Assembly: GCA_963811975.1 (NCBI GenBank)
Contig: CAWETR010000024.1
Location: 49,947 to 113,946, forward strand
DNA length: 64,000 nucleotides
Direction of reading: 5' to 3'
DNA from: an uncultured Alphaproteobacteria bacterium
GTDB lineage: Bacteria > Pseudomonadota > Alphaproteobacteria > Rhizobiales > Beijerinckiaceae
Shown piece by piece: positions 21,604 to 32,174 of this stretch; within the stretch, counting starts at the first letter, position 1, and each line of letters begins with the position of its first letter. The translations under genes were made by a program, and so were the position numbers. The notes below the pieces were generated by a model that worked only from the letters and a program-made list of their open reading frames with translations, did no database searches and was not told the DNA's origin.

Positions 21604-22707
21604 ATGACGGATATTTCGGGTCTCTTTTCTTCGCCGGCGGTCTCTGGAGCGGTCAGCGTCGAGCGCGCGGTCGCGGAATTGCGCTCGGGCCGTCCCGTCG
21701 TTCTCAACGAGGGCTCGGCGCGCGTGCTGGTTTTTCCCGCCGAGAATCTCGACGCCGCTTCCGCCGCCACGCTGGAAAATATCGGCCGCGGCCGCGCCAA
21801 TCTGATTCTGTCCGCGCAAAGGCTGCGCCGCCTCGGCGTCGAGCGCACCGCGCCCGGCCTGATCGCGATGCCCAAGATCGACGTCGAACGCGTCGGCGCC
21901 TTGCTCGCGGATCAGAACGCCCATATCGACGCCCCCGTGGCGGCGCCCGGCGCGGCCGACGAGGCGGCGCTCGACCTGTTGCGGCTGGCGACGCTGCTGC
22001 CCGGGGCGATCGTCGCGCCGATGACCGACCCGCTGCCGCAACTGGCCGAGGTCAACGGCTGCGACGTGCGCTCCTTCCGCGCCAAAAAAGTGCTGTCGCT
22101 CCATCTGATCGGCCGGGCGCCCCTGCCGCTTGAAGGCGCGCCCCATTCGGAAATCGCGGTGTTCCGCGGCGGCGAGGGCCTGCGCGACCAGGCGGCGGTG
22201 ATCGTCGGCAAGCCCGACCTGTCCGGCCCGGTCCATGTCCGGCTGCATTCCGCCTGCCTGACCGGCGACCTGTTCGGCTCGCTCAAATGCGATTGCGGCG
22301 ACCAGTTGCGCCATACCGCGCGCTTCATGGCCGAGAACGGCGGCGGCGTGATCCTCTATCTCGACCAGGAAGGGCGCGGCAACGGCCTCGCCAACAAGGT
22401 CCGCGCCTATGCGCTGCAGGCGCAGGGCCACGACACCTATGACGCCGATGAAATCCTGGGCTTTGGCCTCGACCAGCGCCGCTTCGGCTATGCCGCGCGC
22501 ATGCTCGACCTGCTCGGCGTCACGCGCGTGCGGCTGATGACCAACAATCCGGCCAAGATCGAAGCCCTGCGCGCGGCGGGGCTGGATGTGACCGACCAGC
22601 GCATCCAGGGCCGGCCGACGCCGCAGAACATCCATTATCTCGCCACCAAACGTGACAGGGCTGGCCATTACCTCGATGTCGATCTCCCCCCCGCCGGCGG
22701 CGCCTGA
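21604..22707 (+). CDS. ribA: GTP cyclohydrolase II with degenerate N-terminal DHBP-synthase-like domain
   Basis: VRLHSACLTGDLFGSLKCDCGDQL, YLDQEGRGNGLANK, LMTNNPAK. Confidence 0.93.
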   Translation: MTDISGLFSSPAVSGAVSVERAVAELRSGRPVVLNEGSARVLVFPAENLDAASAATLENIGRGRANLILSAQRLRRLGVERTAPGLIAMPKIDVERVGALLADQNAHIDAPVAAPGAADEAALDLLRLATLLPGAIVAPMTDPLPQLAEVNGCDVRSFRAKKVLSLHLIGRAPLPLEGAPHSEIAVFRGGEGLRDQAAVIVGKPDLSGPVHVRLHSACLTGDLFGSLKCDCGDQLRHTARFMAENGGGVILYLDQEGRGNGLANKVRAYALQAQGHDTYDADEILGFGLDQRRFGYAARMLDLLGVTRVRLMTNNPAKIEALRAAGLDVTDQRIQGRPTPQNIHYLATKRDRAGHYLDVDLPPAGGA

Positions 22708-25063
22708 ATCCCGTTGGGTCTTTCGTTTCTCGCTTGTCCTGTTCCTTCTCGCCAGCCTCTACCTCGCATGGCCGTGGCTGTCGGGACAGGTGACGATTCC
22801 GTGGGATTCCAAGGCGCATTTCCAGCCGCAGATCGCCTTCCTCGCCCATGCGCTGCATAGCGGCCAGTCGCCGTTCTGGACGCCGAACGTCTTTGCGGGC
22901 ATGCCGCAGATCGCCGACCCGCAGTCGCTGATCTTCTCGCCGCCCTATCTGCTGCTGGCCGCGCTCGTCCCCGAGCCGAGCTTCCAGCAGGCCGACGCGG
23001 TCGCCTTCGCCATGCTGACGCTGGGCGGGCTCGCATGGATGCTTTATTTCCGCGATCGCGGCTGGCGCGCGGCGGGCGGGCTGGTGGCGGCGCTGGCTTT
23101 CGCCTATGGCGGCTCGGCGGCCTGGCGGCTGCAGCACACCGGGCAGATTCTCAGCCTGTCGTGGTTTCCGCTGGCGTTCTGGGCGCTCAATCGCGCGCTC
23201 GACCGGGACTCGTTTCTGTGGGGCGCGCTGGCGGGCCTGTTCGCCGGCTTCATGGTGCTTGGCCGCGACCAGATCGCCTGGCTCTTCGTCCTGACGCTTA
23301 TCGCCTTCATCGCCTGGCGCCTGTTCTCGCCGCCGCAAAGCGATCCTCATCCCTTTTTCCGGCGTGTCGGGCGGATGATCAAGCCGCTGTCGGGCGGCCT
23401 GCTGACCGGACTTGTCGTGGCGTTGCCGCCGCTGCTGTGGACCATTGCGCTGGCGCAACAATCCAACCGCGCCGTCATTACGCTGGAAGGGGCGATGCGC
23501 GGCTCGCTGCATCCGGCGTCGCTGCTCACCGCTCTAGTCGCCAATCTTTATGGCGTGAGCGGGCCGCTGTCGGGCTTCTGGGGACCGCCCTCGACGGCCT
23601 GGGGCGAGACCGGGCTTTATATCGCGCGCAACATGGGCGAGGTCTATTTCGGCGCGCTGCCCTTTCTGGCGCTTGTCGGCCTCGGTCTGGGGCGGCGCTG
23701 GGCGTTCGACCGGCCGATGCGGTTCTTCACCGGCGCCGCTCTGGTGCTGGCGATCTACGCCATCGGCAAATACACGCCGGTCTTCGCCGCCTTGTTCGAT
23801 ATGCCGGGGGCCAATCTGTACCGTCGGCCGGCCGACGCCACCTTCCCGCTCTGCGTCTTCGCCGGCGTGATCGGTGGCTATTGCATAGCGCGATTTATCG
23901 ACGCGCCGCCCGACAGCAGGGCGCGCAATCTCGCCTTGGCGCTGGTTGGCGCGCTTTATGCCGCCGCCGTGGGCGTCGCCTTCGCCAAGAATCATCTGGC
24001 GGATTCGCTGCCCGCTCTGGCGTTTTCCCTGTTCTGCGCGGCTCTGTCGGTCGCGGCCTTGCTTGGCGCGCGGCGCTGGCGCGAAAGGCCGGCGCTCGGC
24101 CTGCTGCTCGTCGGCGCCGTCCTGACCTTCGACCTGTCGCTGAACAACGCCCCCAACCAATCCACCGCGCTGCCGCCGCAGACCTACGACATCCTGCGGG
24201 AGGCCACGCAGAACGAGACCATCGTTTTCCTGAAGCAGAAGCTCGCCGAAAACGCCGCGCCCGACCGTCGCGACCGGGTCGAACTGGCGGGCATCGACTT
24301 CCATTGGCCGAACGCCGGGCTGGTCCATGGCTTCGACATGGACCTCGGCTACAATCCGATCCGGCTGACGACCTTCATCGACGTGACCCACGCCAATGAC
24401 CATGTCGCGATCCCGGAGCAGCGCGTGTTCTCGCCGGCCTTCCCGTCCTACAAGTCGCCGATGGCCAATCTGTTCGGCCTGCGCTGGATCGCGACGGGCG
24501 TCCCCGCCGAGCAGATCGATCACAGCCTGAAGCCGGGCGACCTGCCCTTGGTCAGGCAGACCGCTGACGCCTACATTTACGAAAACGCCGGCGCCTTGCC
24601 GCGCGTGCTGGCGCCGGGCCGCGCCATCGCGGCCGATTTCGCCAAAATCAACGCCGAGGGCGGCATGCCGGACATCGACTACCGGCGCTTCGTGCTGCTC
24701 GACCGCGCCGATTGCGAAGCGAAGCCCGAGCTGAAATGCGCGGCCGACGTCGCGGCGGCCTCCGCCAGCGGGGCCGAGGCGGGCTCGGCGAAAATCCTGC
24801 GCTACGACAACACGCTCATCGACGTCGAGGCGGTCGCCCCGGCGCAGGGCGGCTTCCTCGTGCTCAACGACGTGTGGCAGAACTGGCAGGCGGCTTATGT
24901 CGACGGCCGGCCGGCGCCGATCCTGCGGGCCAATGTGATGTTCCGCGCTTTGCGCCTCGCCCCGGGGCCGCATCGCGTGCGCTTCCGCTTCGAGCCCTTG
25001 CGCGGGCTGGCGCAATTCCTGCCGAAAAACTGGCGCTGGCCGAAACCCCCTGGCCGCGGCTGA
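22676..25063 (+). CDS. YfhO-like (GT-C type) multi-pass membrane protein
   Basis: SPFWTPNVFAGMPQIADPQ, many TM helices, C-terminal FLVLNDVW..WQAAYVDGRPAPILRANVMFRAL. Confidence 0.8.
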   Translation: MSISPPPAAPESRWVFRFSLVLFLLASLYLAWPWLSGQVTIPWDSKAHFQPQIAFLAHALHSGQSPFWTPNVFAGMPQIADPQSLIFSPPYLLLAALVPEPSFQQADAVAFAMLTLGGLAWMLYFRDRGWRAAGGLVAALAFAYGGSAAWRLQHTGQILSLSWFPLAFWALNRALDRDSFLWGALAGLFAGFMVLGRDQIAWLFVLTLIAFIAWRLFSPPQSDPHPFFRRVGRMIKPLSGGLLTGLVVALPPLLWTIALAQQSNRAVITLEGAMRGSLHPASLLTALVANLYGVSGPLSGFWGPPSTAWGETGLYIARNMGEVYFGALPFLALVGLGLGRRWAFDRPMRFFTGAALVLAIYAIGKYTPVFAALFDMPGANLYRRPADATFPLCVFAGVIGGYCIARFIDAPPDSRARNLALALVGALYAAAVGVAFAKNHLADSLPALAFSLFCAALSVAALLGARRWRERPALGLLLVGAVLTFDLSLNNAPNQSTALPPQTYDILREATQNETIVFLKQKLAENAAPDRRDRVELAGIDFHWPNAGLVHGFDMDLGYNPIRLTTFIDVTHANDHVAIPEQRVFSPAFPSYKSPMANLFGLRWIATGVPAEQIDHSLKPGDLPLVRQTADAYIYENAGALPRVLAPGRAIAADFAKINAEGGMPDIDYRRFVLLDRADCEAKPELKCAADVAAASASGAEAGSAKILRYDNTLIDVEAVAPAQGGFLVLNDVWQNWQAAYVDGRPAPILRANVMFRALRLAPGPHRVRFRFEPLRGLAQFLPKNWRWPKPPGRG

Positions 25064-25203
25064 AACGCGGCGCGACACGCGCGTCGCCATACCGACGCGC
25101 ACTGTCGCCTTTTTTTCCCTTTTGCGCGGGCCGGGACAAGGCGTCCGGCCGCCGGCGGGACGCCATTTGGCGCTCAAGCCGCTGAATTCACGTGATTTCC
25201 ATC

Positions 25204-25219
25204 GGGCATGGGTCTTGCT
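25204..25219 (+). promoter_or_regulatory. sigma-54 (-24/-12) promoter upstream of the FeSII-like ferredoxin
   Basis: GGCATGGGTCTTGCT gives GG-N10-GC with TTGC at 25205-25218; degenerate NifA-like palindrome CGTCG-N6-CGACG at 25082-25097. Confidence 0.65.
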
Positions 25220-25276
25220 GTCCGCGTTGCGGGAGCAAACGCGGTTTCGCAAACAAACCCCTCTGGAGGATTTCCC

Positions 25277-25675
25277 ATGGCCAATGTGACCTTTTCCTCG
25301 CCATCCCTGTCGCGCGACGTGACGGTCTATGCGGTGGCGGGCGATCGCGGCACGCTGCTGTCGCTCGCCAAGGACAACAAGATTCCGATCCCCTTCGATT
25401 GCCAGGACGGCGAATGCGGCTCCTGCCTCGTCGAAGTCCCGGTGCTGAGCAAATCCACCCACGCCATTTCCCTCACCGAGAAGGAAAAGGAAATGCTCAA
25501 GCAGCTCGGCAAGATCTCCAAGGCCGAGGTCAAGGAGGCCGAGGTCAACGACCTGCCGCCGCATTTCCGCCTGGCCTGCCAGTACATCATCCGCGACGAG
25601 GACATTCTGGTGAAATTCGCCGGCGACGAGACCCTGCCGGCGCAGCAGCGGAAGTCCGGCGCCAGGATCGGCTGA
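25277..25675 (+). CDS. [2Fe-2S] ferredoxin, FeSII (Shethna protein II)/FdxD-like
   Basis: FSSP...AVAGDRGTLLSLAKDNKIPIPFDCQDGECGSCLV...LTEKE...DLPP.FRLACQ.II.DEDILV.F matches the recalled Azotobacter FeSII pattern; RBS GGAGG. Confidence 0.82.
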   Translation: MANVTFSSPSLSRDVTVYAVAGDRGTLLSLAKDNKIPIPFDCQDGECGSCLVEVPVLSKSTHAISLTEKEKEMLKQLGKISKAEVKEAEVNDLPPHFRLACQYIIRDEDILVKFAGDETLPAQQRKSGARIG

Positions 25676-25978
25676 CGCGGCGCATCATGGGCTGAATTGA
25701 CGCCGGCATCGGACCGGCGTCCGTCCGGGGAGGACGGCGGGGGCGTGTTTCTCACGCCCCCGTTTGATTCCGGAGGGAGGATGACTATTAGCGCGCAAGG
25801 CGACTTGCCGAACAGGGGGCGGCGCCTTAAACCCACGGCCAGCGTCCGGGAACCGGGCGCCGCAATTCGTCGGCACGCCATTCCTGCTCGCTTTCCGCCC
25901 CAGTTTCGCGGAATTTGCGGGCGAAACCGGCGTCCGGCCCGGTGCGTTTCTGCTCAGGCAGCGTCAGCGATGGAACGG

Positions 25979-27073
25979 ATGGGGAGCGATCAGGAACGGG
26001 AAGCCGAGGCGTCGGAGACGCCGGCAGCGGCGTCGGACGCCGTGTCTCCCTCGGCGAGGCAGACCGAACGCGCGGCCATGCTCGCCAAGGCCGAGCGCCG
26101 GCGCAAGATCGCCGGCCGCGTCGGCGCCGCCGCCAGCCTGATCCTCGTTCTCGTCGCCGCTTTCGTCCTGTCGCGCACCGTCGCCAATCTCGACATGGCG
26201 CAGTTGCGCGCCGCTTTCGCCGCGACGTCGCGGACCCAGATCGCCCTGGGCCTGCTGTTCACGGCCAGCTCCTATCTGATGCTGACGGGCTATGACGCGA
26301 TCGCGCTGCGCCAGCTGAAACTGAAAGTGCCCTATCGCACCACGGCGCTGGCCTCGTTCACCTCCTATGCCGTGTCCTTCACGCTGGGCTTCCCGATCTT
26401 CACCGGGGGCACGGTGCGCTACTGGATCTATTCGCGGGCCGGGGTCCGGCCGGGCAAGGTCGCCAGCCTCACCGTGGTCGCGGGCGTGACCTTCTGGCTC
26501 GGCATGGCGGTGGTCATCGCCTTCGGGCTGATGGTCGAAGCCGGACCGATCTCGGAGATCGACCAGCTCGCGGTCAATCTCAACCGCCTGATCGGCTTCG
26601 GCGTGCTCGCCGCCATCGGAGTCTATCTGTTCTGGGTTTCGGCGCGTCCGCGCCGCGCCCGCTGGCAAGGGCTTTCGCTCGAACTGCCGGGCCTCAGCCT
26701 TTCGCTCGGCCAGATCGCGCTGGGCGTCATGGACCTGTGCAGCGCGGCGGCCGTGCTCTACGTGCTGCTGCCGAGCCGCGAAGGGCTGGATTTCTTCACG
26801 TTCGCCGCCGTCTACGTCTTCGCCAGCCTGCTGGGCATCGTCAGCCACGCGCCGGGCGGCATCGGCGTTTTCGAGGCGACCATGCTGAAGGTGCTTCCCG
26901 CGCCGTCGCAGGAGGCGCTGCTCGCCTCGCTGCTGATGTTCCGCATTCTTTATTATGTCATCCCTTTCGTGTTTGCTCTTGCGCTCCTTGGCGCGAACGA
27001 AGGCGGGCGCCGCTGGGACGCTCTGCGCGACGCCATGAACCGCGCGCAGGCCGACAGGGACGATCGCGCCTGA
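25979..27073 (+). CDS. lysylphosphatidylglycerol synthase TM domain protein (UPF0104; start uncertain)
   Basis: SYLMLTGYD, GGTVRYWIYSRAG, SHAPGGIGVFEA, LLMFRILYYVIP. Confidence 0.85.
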   Translation: MGSDQEREAEASETPAAASDAVSPSARQTERAAMLAKAERRRKIAGRVGAAASLILVLVAAFVLSRTVANLDMAQLRAAFAATSRTQIALGLLFTASSYLMLTGYDAIALRQLKLKVPYRTTALASFTSYAVSFTLGFPIFTGGTVRYWIYSRAGVRPGKVASLTVVAGVTFWLGMAVVIAFGLMVEAGPISEIDQLAVNLNRLIGFGVLAAIGVYLFWVSARPRRARWQGLSLELPGLSLSLGQIALGVMDLCSAAAVLYVLLPSREGLDFFTFAAVYVFASLLGIVSHAPGGIGVFEATMLKVLPAPSQEALLASLLMFRILYYVIPFVFALALLGANEGGRRWDALRDAMNRAQADRDDRA

Positions 27074-27080
27074 TTTGTGA

Positions 27081-28139
27081 ATGGCTGGCATGAACGAAAC
27101 GATCGACGCAGTCGGCGGCCTTGTCGCCAGTTTGATCGACGCGATGCCGGAGCCGGTGCTGGTCGTGGACGAGTCGGTCCGCCTCGTCGCCGCCAACGCT
27201 CCCGCGCGCGGGCTGTTTCCCCATCTTCGCCTGACGTCGCCGCTGGCCTCGACCCTGCGGGCGGTCGATCTCCACGACGCCATTGCCCGGGTGATGGCCT
27301 CCGGCCGGGCCGAGGACGTGTCCTGGCTCGACCGCGTCCCGGTCGAACGGCTGTTCCAGGTCCATGTCGCGGCCTTCCAGTCGAGCGATGCGCGTTTCGT
27401 CGCCCTCAACCTGCACGATGCGACGGAAGTGCGGCGGCTCGAAAAGATGCGGGTCGAGTTCGTCGCCAACGCCAGCCATGAATTGCGCACGCCGCTCGCC
27501 TCGGTGCTCGGCTTCATCGAGACGCTGCAAGGCCCCGCGAAGGGCGATCCCGCGGCGCGCGAGCGCTTTCTCGGCATCATGCTGGAGCAGGCGCGGCGCA
27601 TGGCCCGCCTCGTGGACGATCTGCTGTCGCTGTCGCGGATCGAACAGAACCTGCACCTCCAGCCGCGCGCGGCGGTCGAACTCGGGCCGGTGGCGCAGCA
27701 GGTGCTCGACGCTTTGGCGCCGGTGGCGCGCGAAAACCGCGTCCGTCTCGACTTCAAGGCCGAGAAGGCGGTCGTGCGCGGCGACCGCGACGAATTGCTG
27801 CGTGTGGCCGAGAACCTGATCGAGAACGCGATCAAATATGGCGCCCCGGAGCCGGGCGAGCCGGAGCGCACGGTCTGGGTCGAGGTCGGCTCCCGCGACG
27901 GCTTCGGCTTTCTTTCGGTGCGCGACGAGGGGCCGGGCATCGCGCCGCAGAACATTCCGCGCCTGACCGAGCGCTTCTACCGCGTCGATGTCGGGCAGAG
28001 CCGCGCCAAGGGCGGCACCGGTCTGGGGCTGGCGCTGGTCAAGCACATCCTCAAGCGCCATCGCGGCCGTCTCGGCATCCAGTCCTCGCTGGGGCGCGGC
28101 GCGACTTTTACAGCTTTCGCGCCGCTCCAGGAGCCTTGA
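27081..28139 (+). CDS. phoR: phosphate regulon sensor histidine kinase
   Basis: PAS-like N-terminus, EFVANASHELRTPL H-box, IPRLTERFYRVD..SRAKGGTGLGLA; directly upstream of the pst operon. Confidence 0.92.
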   Translation: MAGMNETIDAVGGLVASLIDAMPEPVLVVDESVRLVAANAPARGLFPHLRLTSPLASTLRAVDLHDAIARVMASGRAEDVSWLDRVPVERLFQVHVAAFQSSDARFVALNLHDATEVRRLEKMRVEFVANASHELRTPLASVLGFIETLQGPAKGDPAARERFLGIMLEQARRMARLVDDLLSLSRIEQNLHLQPRAAVELGPVAQQVLDALAPVARENRVRLDFKAEKAVVRGDRDELLRVAENLIENAIKYGAPEPGEPERTVWVEVGSRDGFGFLSVRDEGPGIAPQNIPRLTERFYRVDVGQSRAKGGTGLGLALVKHILKRHRGRLGIQSSLGRGATFTAFAPLQEP

Positions 28140-28287
28140 GAGCCCTGAAGAGCGGCAAGCGCCGCCGGCGTTAGCGCGCGGATAACAAAGCGCGATTTTT
28201 TTCTTTGCCGCGCAAACCCTGAATCGCCTCGCATCCTCCGGCGCGCGTTCAACTGTGAACGGAGTTCGGGCGGCGGCGCCCGGAACT

Positions 28288-28305
28288 GTGTCACGGAAGT
28301 GTCAT
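28288..28305 (+). promoter_or_regulatory. Pho box upstream of pstS
   Basis: GTGTCAC-GGAA-GTGTCAT direct repeat with 11-bp period, matching CTGTCAT-N4-CTGTCAY. Confidence 0.8.
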
Positions 28306-28398
28306 TTTGGCGTCGTAATGCTGCCCCGCGCCCAAGCGCAGACCGCGAGCCGCGCCCTTGGCGCCTCGCGAAAAGTTCAACCTCCGGAGAGGTCTGGC

Positions 28399-29445
28399 AT
28401 GTCCAAAATCCTGCTGCGTTCCGCCCTCGTCGTCGCCGTCGTCGGCGCTGCCGCTTCCGTTCTCGCCGCCGATATTTCCGGCGCAGGCGCGACCTTCCCC
28501 TATCCGGTCTATTCCAAATGGGCCGACACCTATAAAAAGGACACCGGAATCGGCCTGAACTACCAGTCGATCGGCTCCGGCGGCGGCATCAAGCAGATCC
28601 TCGCCCGCACCGTGACCTTCGGCGCGTCCGACGCCCCGATGAAGGCCGAAGACCTTGAAAAGAACGGTCTGGTGCAATGGCCGCAGGTCATGGGCGGCAT
28701 CGTGATGGTCGTCAATCTGGACGGCGTGAAGCCCGGCGAACTGGTGATCGACGGTCCGACGCTGGCCAAGATCTACCTGGGCGAAGTCAAGACCTGGAAC
28801 GACCCGGCTCTCGTCAAGCTGAACCCGGGCCTGAAGCTTCCCGAAGGCCCCATCGCTGTCATTCATCGTTCGGACGGTTCGGGCACCTCGTTCAACTTCA
28901 CCGATTACCTGTCCAAGGTTTCGGCGGACTGGAAGTCGAAAGTCGGCGCCGCCCCGGCCGTGGAATGGCCGATCGGCCTCGCCGCCAAGGGCAATGAAGG
29001 CGTCGCCAACACCGTCGCCAACACCAAGGGTTCGGTCGGCTATGTCGAATACGCCTACGCCAAGCAGAACGCCATGAACTACGCCAAAATGGTCAACCAC
29101 GACGGCAAGACGGTCTCGCCGACCATGGAAAGCTTCCAGGCCGCCGCCGCCAACGCCGACTGGGCCAATGCGCCGGGCTATTACCAGATCCTGACCGACC
29201 AGAAGGGCGCCGAGTCCTGGCCGCTCACCGCCGCGACCTTCATCCTGATCCCGAAGCAGCCGCCGGACGCCGCCGTCGCCGGCGAAGCCCTGAAGTTCTT
29301 CGACTGGGCGTTCAAGAGCGGCGCCAAGGAAGCCGCGGCGCTCGACTACATCCCCATGCCCGACAATGTCATCGGCATGGTCCGCAAGACCTGGGCCGCC
29401 GACGTCAAGACCGCCGACGGCAAGCCGGTCTACGAGTCCAAGTAA
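28399..29445 (+). CDS. pstS: phosphate ABC transporter substrate-binding protein
   Basis: [39 protein letters not shown]. Confidence 0.97.
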   Translation: MSKILLRSALVVAVVGAAASVLAADISGAGATFPYPVYSKWADTYKKDTGIGLNYQSIGSGGGIKQILARTVTFGASDAPMKAEDLEKNGLVQWPQVMGGIVMVVNLDGVKPGELVIDGPTLAKIYLGEVKTWNDPALVKLNPGLKLPEGPIAVIHRSDGSGTSFNFTDYLSKVSADWKSKVGAAPAVEWPIGLAAKGNEGVANTVANTKGSVGYVEYAYAKQNAMNYAKMVNHDGKTVSPTMESFQAAAANADWANAPGYYQILTDQKGAESWPLTAATFILIPKQPPDAAVAGEALKFFDWAFKSGAKEAAALDYIPMPDNVIGMVRKTWAADVKTADGKPVYESK

Positions 29446-29455
29446 GCACCGTTCC

Positions 29456-29483
29456 GCGGCCGGAGGCGTCAGCCTCCGGCCGC
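29456..29483 (+). other. intergenic stem-loop between pstS and pstC (mRNA stabiliser/attenuator)
   Basis: GCGGCCGGAGGC-GTCA-GCCTCCGGCCGC perfect 12-bp stem with no U-tract. Confidence 0.6.
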
Positions 29484-29505
29484 TCACCCGTATGAGGAAC
29501 GAAAC

Positions 29506-30501
29506 ATGGCGGAGGCCGCATTGAGTTCCGTGGCGAAACCTGCCGCACAGGGCCAAATTCGTGACAAGGTCCTGCGCCGGTTCGAACTGGGCGACAACGC
29601 CTTCCGCATCCTGACCAGATCCTGCGCGGTCGCCGTGCTGATCCTGCTGGGCGGCGTGATCTTTTCGCTGATCCACGGCTCCGTGCCGGCGCTCAGCAAG
29701 TTCGGCTTCGGCTTCCTGACCTCCCAGGCCTGGAACCCGGTCACCGAGAATTTCGGCGCCGCGCCCGCGATCTACGGCACGCTGGTCACCTCGATCATCG
29801 CGCTGTTCCTCGCCGTGCCGCTCGGTCTCGGCATCGCCGTGTTCCTGACCGAGCTCTGCCCCTATGCGCTGCGCCGCCCGATCGGCATCGCGGTCGAATT
29901 GCTGGCGGGCATTCCCTCGATCATCTACGGCATCTGGGGCATGTTCATCCTCGCGCCCTTCCTGCAGGCGCATGTCCAGCCGGCGATCATCGGGACGTTC
30001 GCGAACGTGCCCTATCTCAACCAGCTGTTCGGCGGGCCGCCCTATGGCATCGGCATCGCCACCGCCGGCGTCATCCTCGCCATCATGATCCTGCCCCTGA
30101 TCAGCTCGATCTCGCGCGACGTGTTCAACACCGTTCCTCCGGTTCTCAAGGAGGCGGCCTTCGGCATCGGCTGCACGCGCTGGGAAGTGATCCGCAAGAT
30201 CGTCGCGCCCTATACCGGCGTCGGACTGGTCGGCGGCATCATGCTGGCGCTCGGCCGCGCGCTGGGCGAGACCATGGCGGTCACCTTCGTCATCGGCAAC
30301 GCCCACAAGATCGCGCCGTCGATCCTCGGTCCGGGGACGACGATCTCGGCGACCATCGCCAACGAATTCACCGAAGCCGACGGCGCGATCTACACCTCCT
30401 CGCTGGTGGCGCTCGGCCTGCTTCTGTTCGTCATCACCTTTATCGTCCTCGCCGCGTCGCGCCTGCTGCTGATGCGGATCGAAGACCAGGGAGCGCGCTG
30501 A
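29506..30501 (+). CDS. pstC: phosphate ABC transporter permease
   Basis: [26 protein letters not shown]. Confidence 0.96.
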   Translation: MAEAALSSVAKPAAQGQIRDKVLRRFELGDNAFRILTRSCAVAVLILLGGVIFSLIHGSVPALSKFGFGFLTSQAWNPVTENFGAAPAIYGTLVTSIIALFLAVPLGLGIAVFLTELCPYALRRPIGIAVELLAGIPSIIYGIWGMFILAPFLQAHVQPAIIGTFANVPYLNQLFGGPPYGIGIATAGVILAIMILPLISSISRDVFNTVPPVLKEAAFGIGCTRWEVIRKIVAPYTGVGLVGGIMLALGRALGETMAVTFVIGNAHKIAPSILGPGTTISATIANEFTEADGAIYTSSLVALGLLLFVITFIVLAASRLLLMRIEDQGAR

Positions 30502-31343
30502 TGTCCGCCCTTCAAGCCGCGCGCAAGACGCGCAGCGCCATCGCCATGGGACTGTGCGTCGGCTCCGCCGGCATCGGCCTGCTCGCGCTGGCCTTCATTC
30601 TCGGCGCCCTGCTGTACAACGGCTTCGCCGGCCTGAACCTGCGGGTGTTCACCGAGAACACGCCGCCGCCGGGCTCCTCGGGCGGCCTGCTCAACGCCAT
30701 CGTCGGCTCGCTGATCATGACCTTCTTCGGCGTCCTGATCGGCGCGCCGCTCGGCATGTTCGCGGGCACCTACATGGCCGAATATGGCCGGGGCTCGAAG
30801 CTGACCATGGTGGTGCGCTTCATCAACGACGTGCTGCTGTCGGCGCCCTCCATCGTCATCGGCCTGTTCGTCTATGAAATCACCGTCGTGCAGATGGGGC
30901 ATTTCTCGGCCTTCGCCGGCGCGATCGCGCTGGCGCTCCTCGTCGTTCCGGTCGTGGTGCGCACCACCGAGGACATGCTCAACCTCGTTCCCGGCTCGCT
31001 GCGCGAGGCCGCCTCGGCGCTCGGCCTGCCGCGCTCGCTGGTGATCCGCCACGTCGCCTACAAGGCGGCGCGCGCGGGCCTCATCACCGGCCTGCTGCTG
31101 GCGGTGGCCCGCGTCTCCGGCGAGACCGCGCCACTGCTGTTCACCGCCCTGAACAACCAGTTCTGGAGCACCAAGCTGAACGCGCCCATGGCCAGCCTCC
31201 CGGTCGTGATCTTCCAGTTCGCGCTGTCGCCCTACAAGGAATGGCAGTCGCTGGCCTGGGCCGGCGCGCTCCTCATCACCCTCGCCGTTCTGGCTTTGTC
31301 GATCACCGCTCGCGTTCTCGGCGCGCAAAGGACCAGCAAATGA
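30501..31343 (+). CDS. pstA: phosphate ABC transporter permease
   Basis: [32 protein letters not shown]. Confidence 0.96.
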   Translation: MSALQAARKTRSAIAMGLCVGSAGIGLLALAFILGALLYNGFAGLNLRVFTENTPPPGSSGGLLNAIVGSLIMTFFGVLIGAPLGMFAGTYMAEYGRGSKLTMVVRFINDVLLSAPSIVIGLFVYEITVVQMGHFSAFAGAIALALLVVPVVVRTTEDMLNLVPGSLREAASALGLPRSLVIRHVAYKAARAGLITGLLLAVARVSGETAPLLFTALNNQFWSTKLNAPMASLPVVIFQFALSPYKEWQSLAWAGALLITLAVLALSITARVLGAQRTSK

Positions 31344-32140
31344 CCCAAGTTGCCTCGCAGGACGCTCCGCTGTCGCGCGACAAGCTCGCCGTGAAGATGT
31401 CCGTCCGGAATCTCGATTTCTTCTACGGCGAGACCAAGGCGCTGAAATCGGTCAGCGTTCCGCTCTACGCCAACCAGGCGACGGCCTTCATCGGCCCGTC
31501 GGGCTGCGGCAAGTCGACGCTGCTGCGCGTGCTCAACCGCATGTACGACCTCTATCCGCGCCAGCGCGCGGAAGGCGAGGTGCTGCTCGACGGCCAGAAC
31601 GTTCTCGATCCCAAACTGGACGTCAACGGCCTGCGCGCCCGCGTCGGCATGGTGTTCCAGAAGCCGACGCCGTTCCCGATGTCGATCTACGACAATATCG
31701 CCTTCGGCGTCCGGCTCTACGAGCGGATCGGCAAGGCCGAAATGGACGAGCGGGTCGAAAAGGCCCTGCGCGGCGCGGCGATCTGGGAAGAGGTCAAGGA
31801 CAAGCTCAACGCCAGCGGCCTCAGCCTGTCCGGCGGCCAGCAGCAGCGCCTGTGCATCGCCCGCACCGTGGCGATCCAGCCGGAAGTGATCCTGTTCGAC
31901 GAGCCGTGCTCGGCGCTCGATCCGATCTCGACCGCCAAGGTGGAGGAGCTGATCGACGAATTGAAGCGCGACTACACCATCGCCATCGTCACCCACAACA
32001 TGCAGCAGGCGGTGCGCGTGTCGCAATACACCGCCTTCATGTATCTCGGCGAGATGGTGGAGTTCGACGACACCGACAAGATCTTCACGTCGCCGAAAGA
32101 GCGCCGCACCCAGGATTACATCACCGGCCGCTTCGGCTGA
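31340..32140 (+). CDS. pstB: phosphate ABC transporter ATP-binding protein
   Basis: [51 protein letters not shown]. Confidence 0.97.
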   Translation: MTQVASQDAPLSRDKLAVKMSVRNLDFFYGETKALKSVSVPLYANQATAFIGPSGCGKSTLLRVLNRMYDLYPRQRAEGEVLLDGQNVLDPKLDVNGLRARVGMVFQKPTPFPMSIYDNIAFGVRLYERIGKAEMDERVEKALRGAAIWEEVKDKLNASGLSLSGGQQQRLCIARTVAIQPEVILFDEPCSALDPISTAKVEELIDELKRDYTIAIVTHNMQQAVRVSQYTAFMYLGEMVEFDDTDKIFTSPKERRTQDYITGRFG

Positions 32141-32174
32141 TTTCGGCTCTCCGGCCAGACAGGACTTGCAGATC

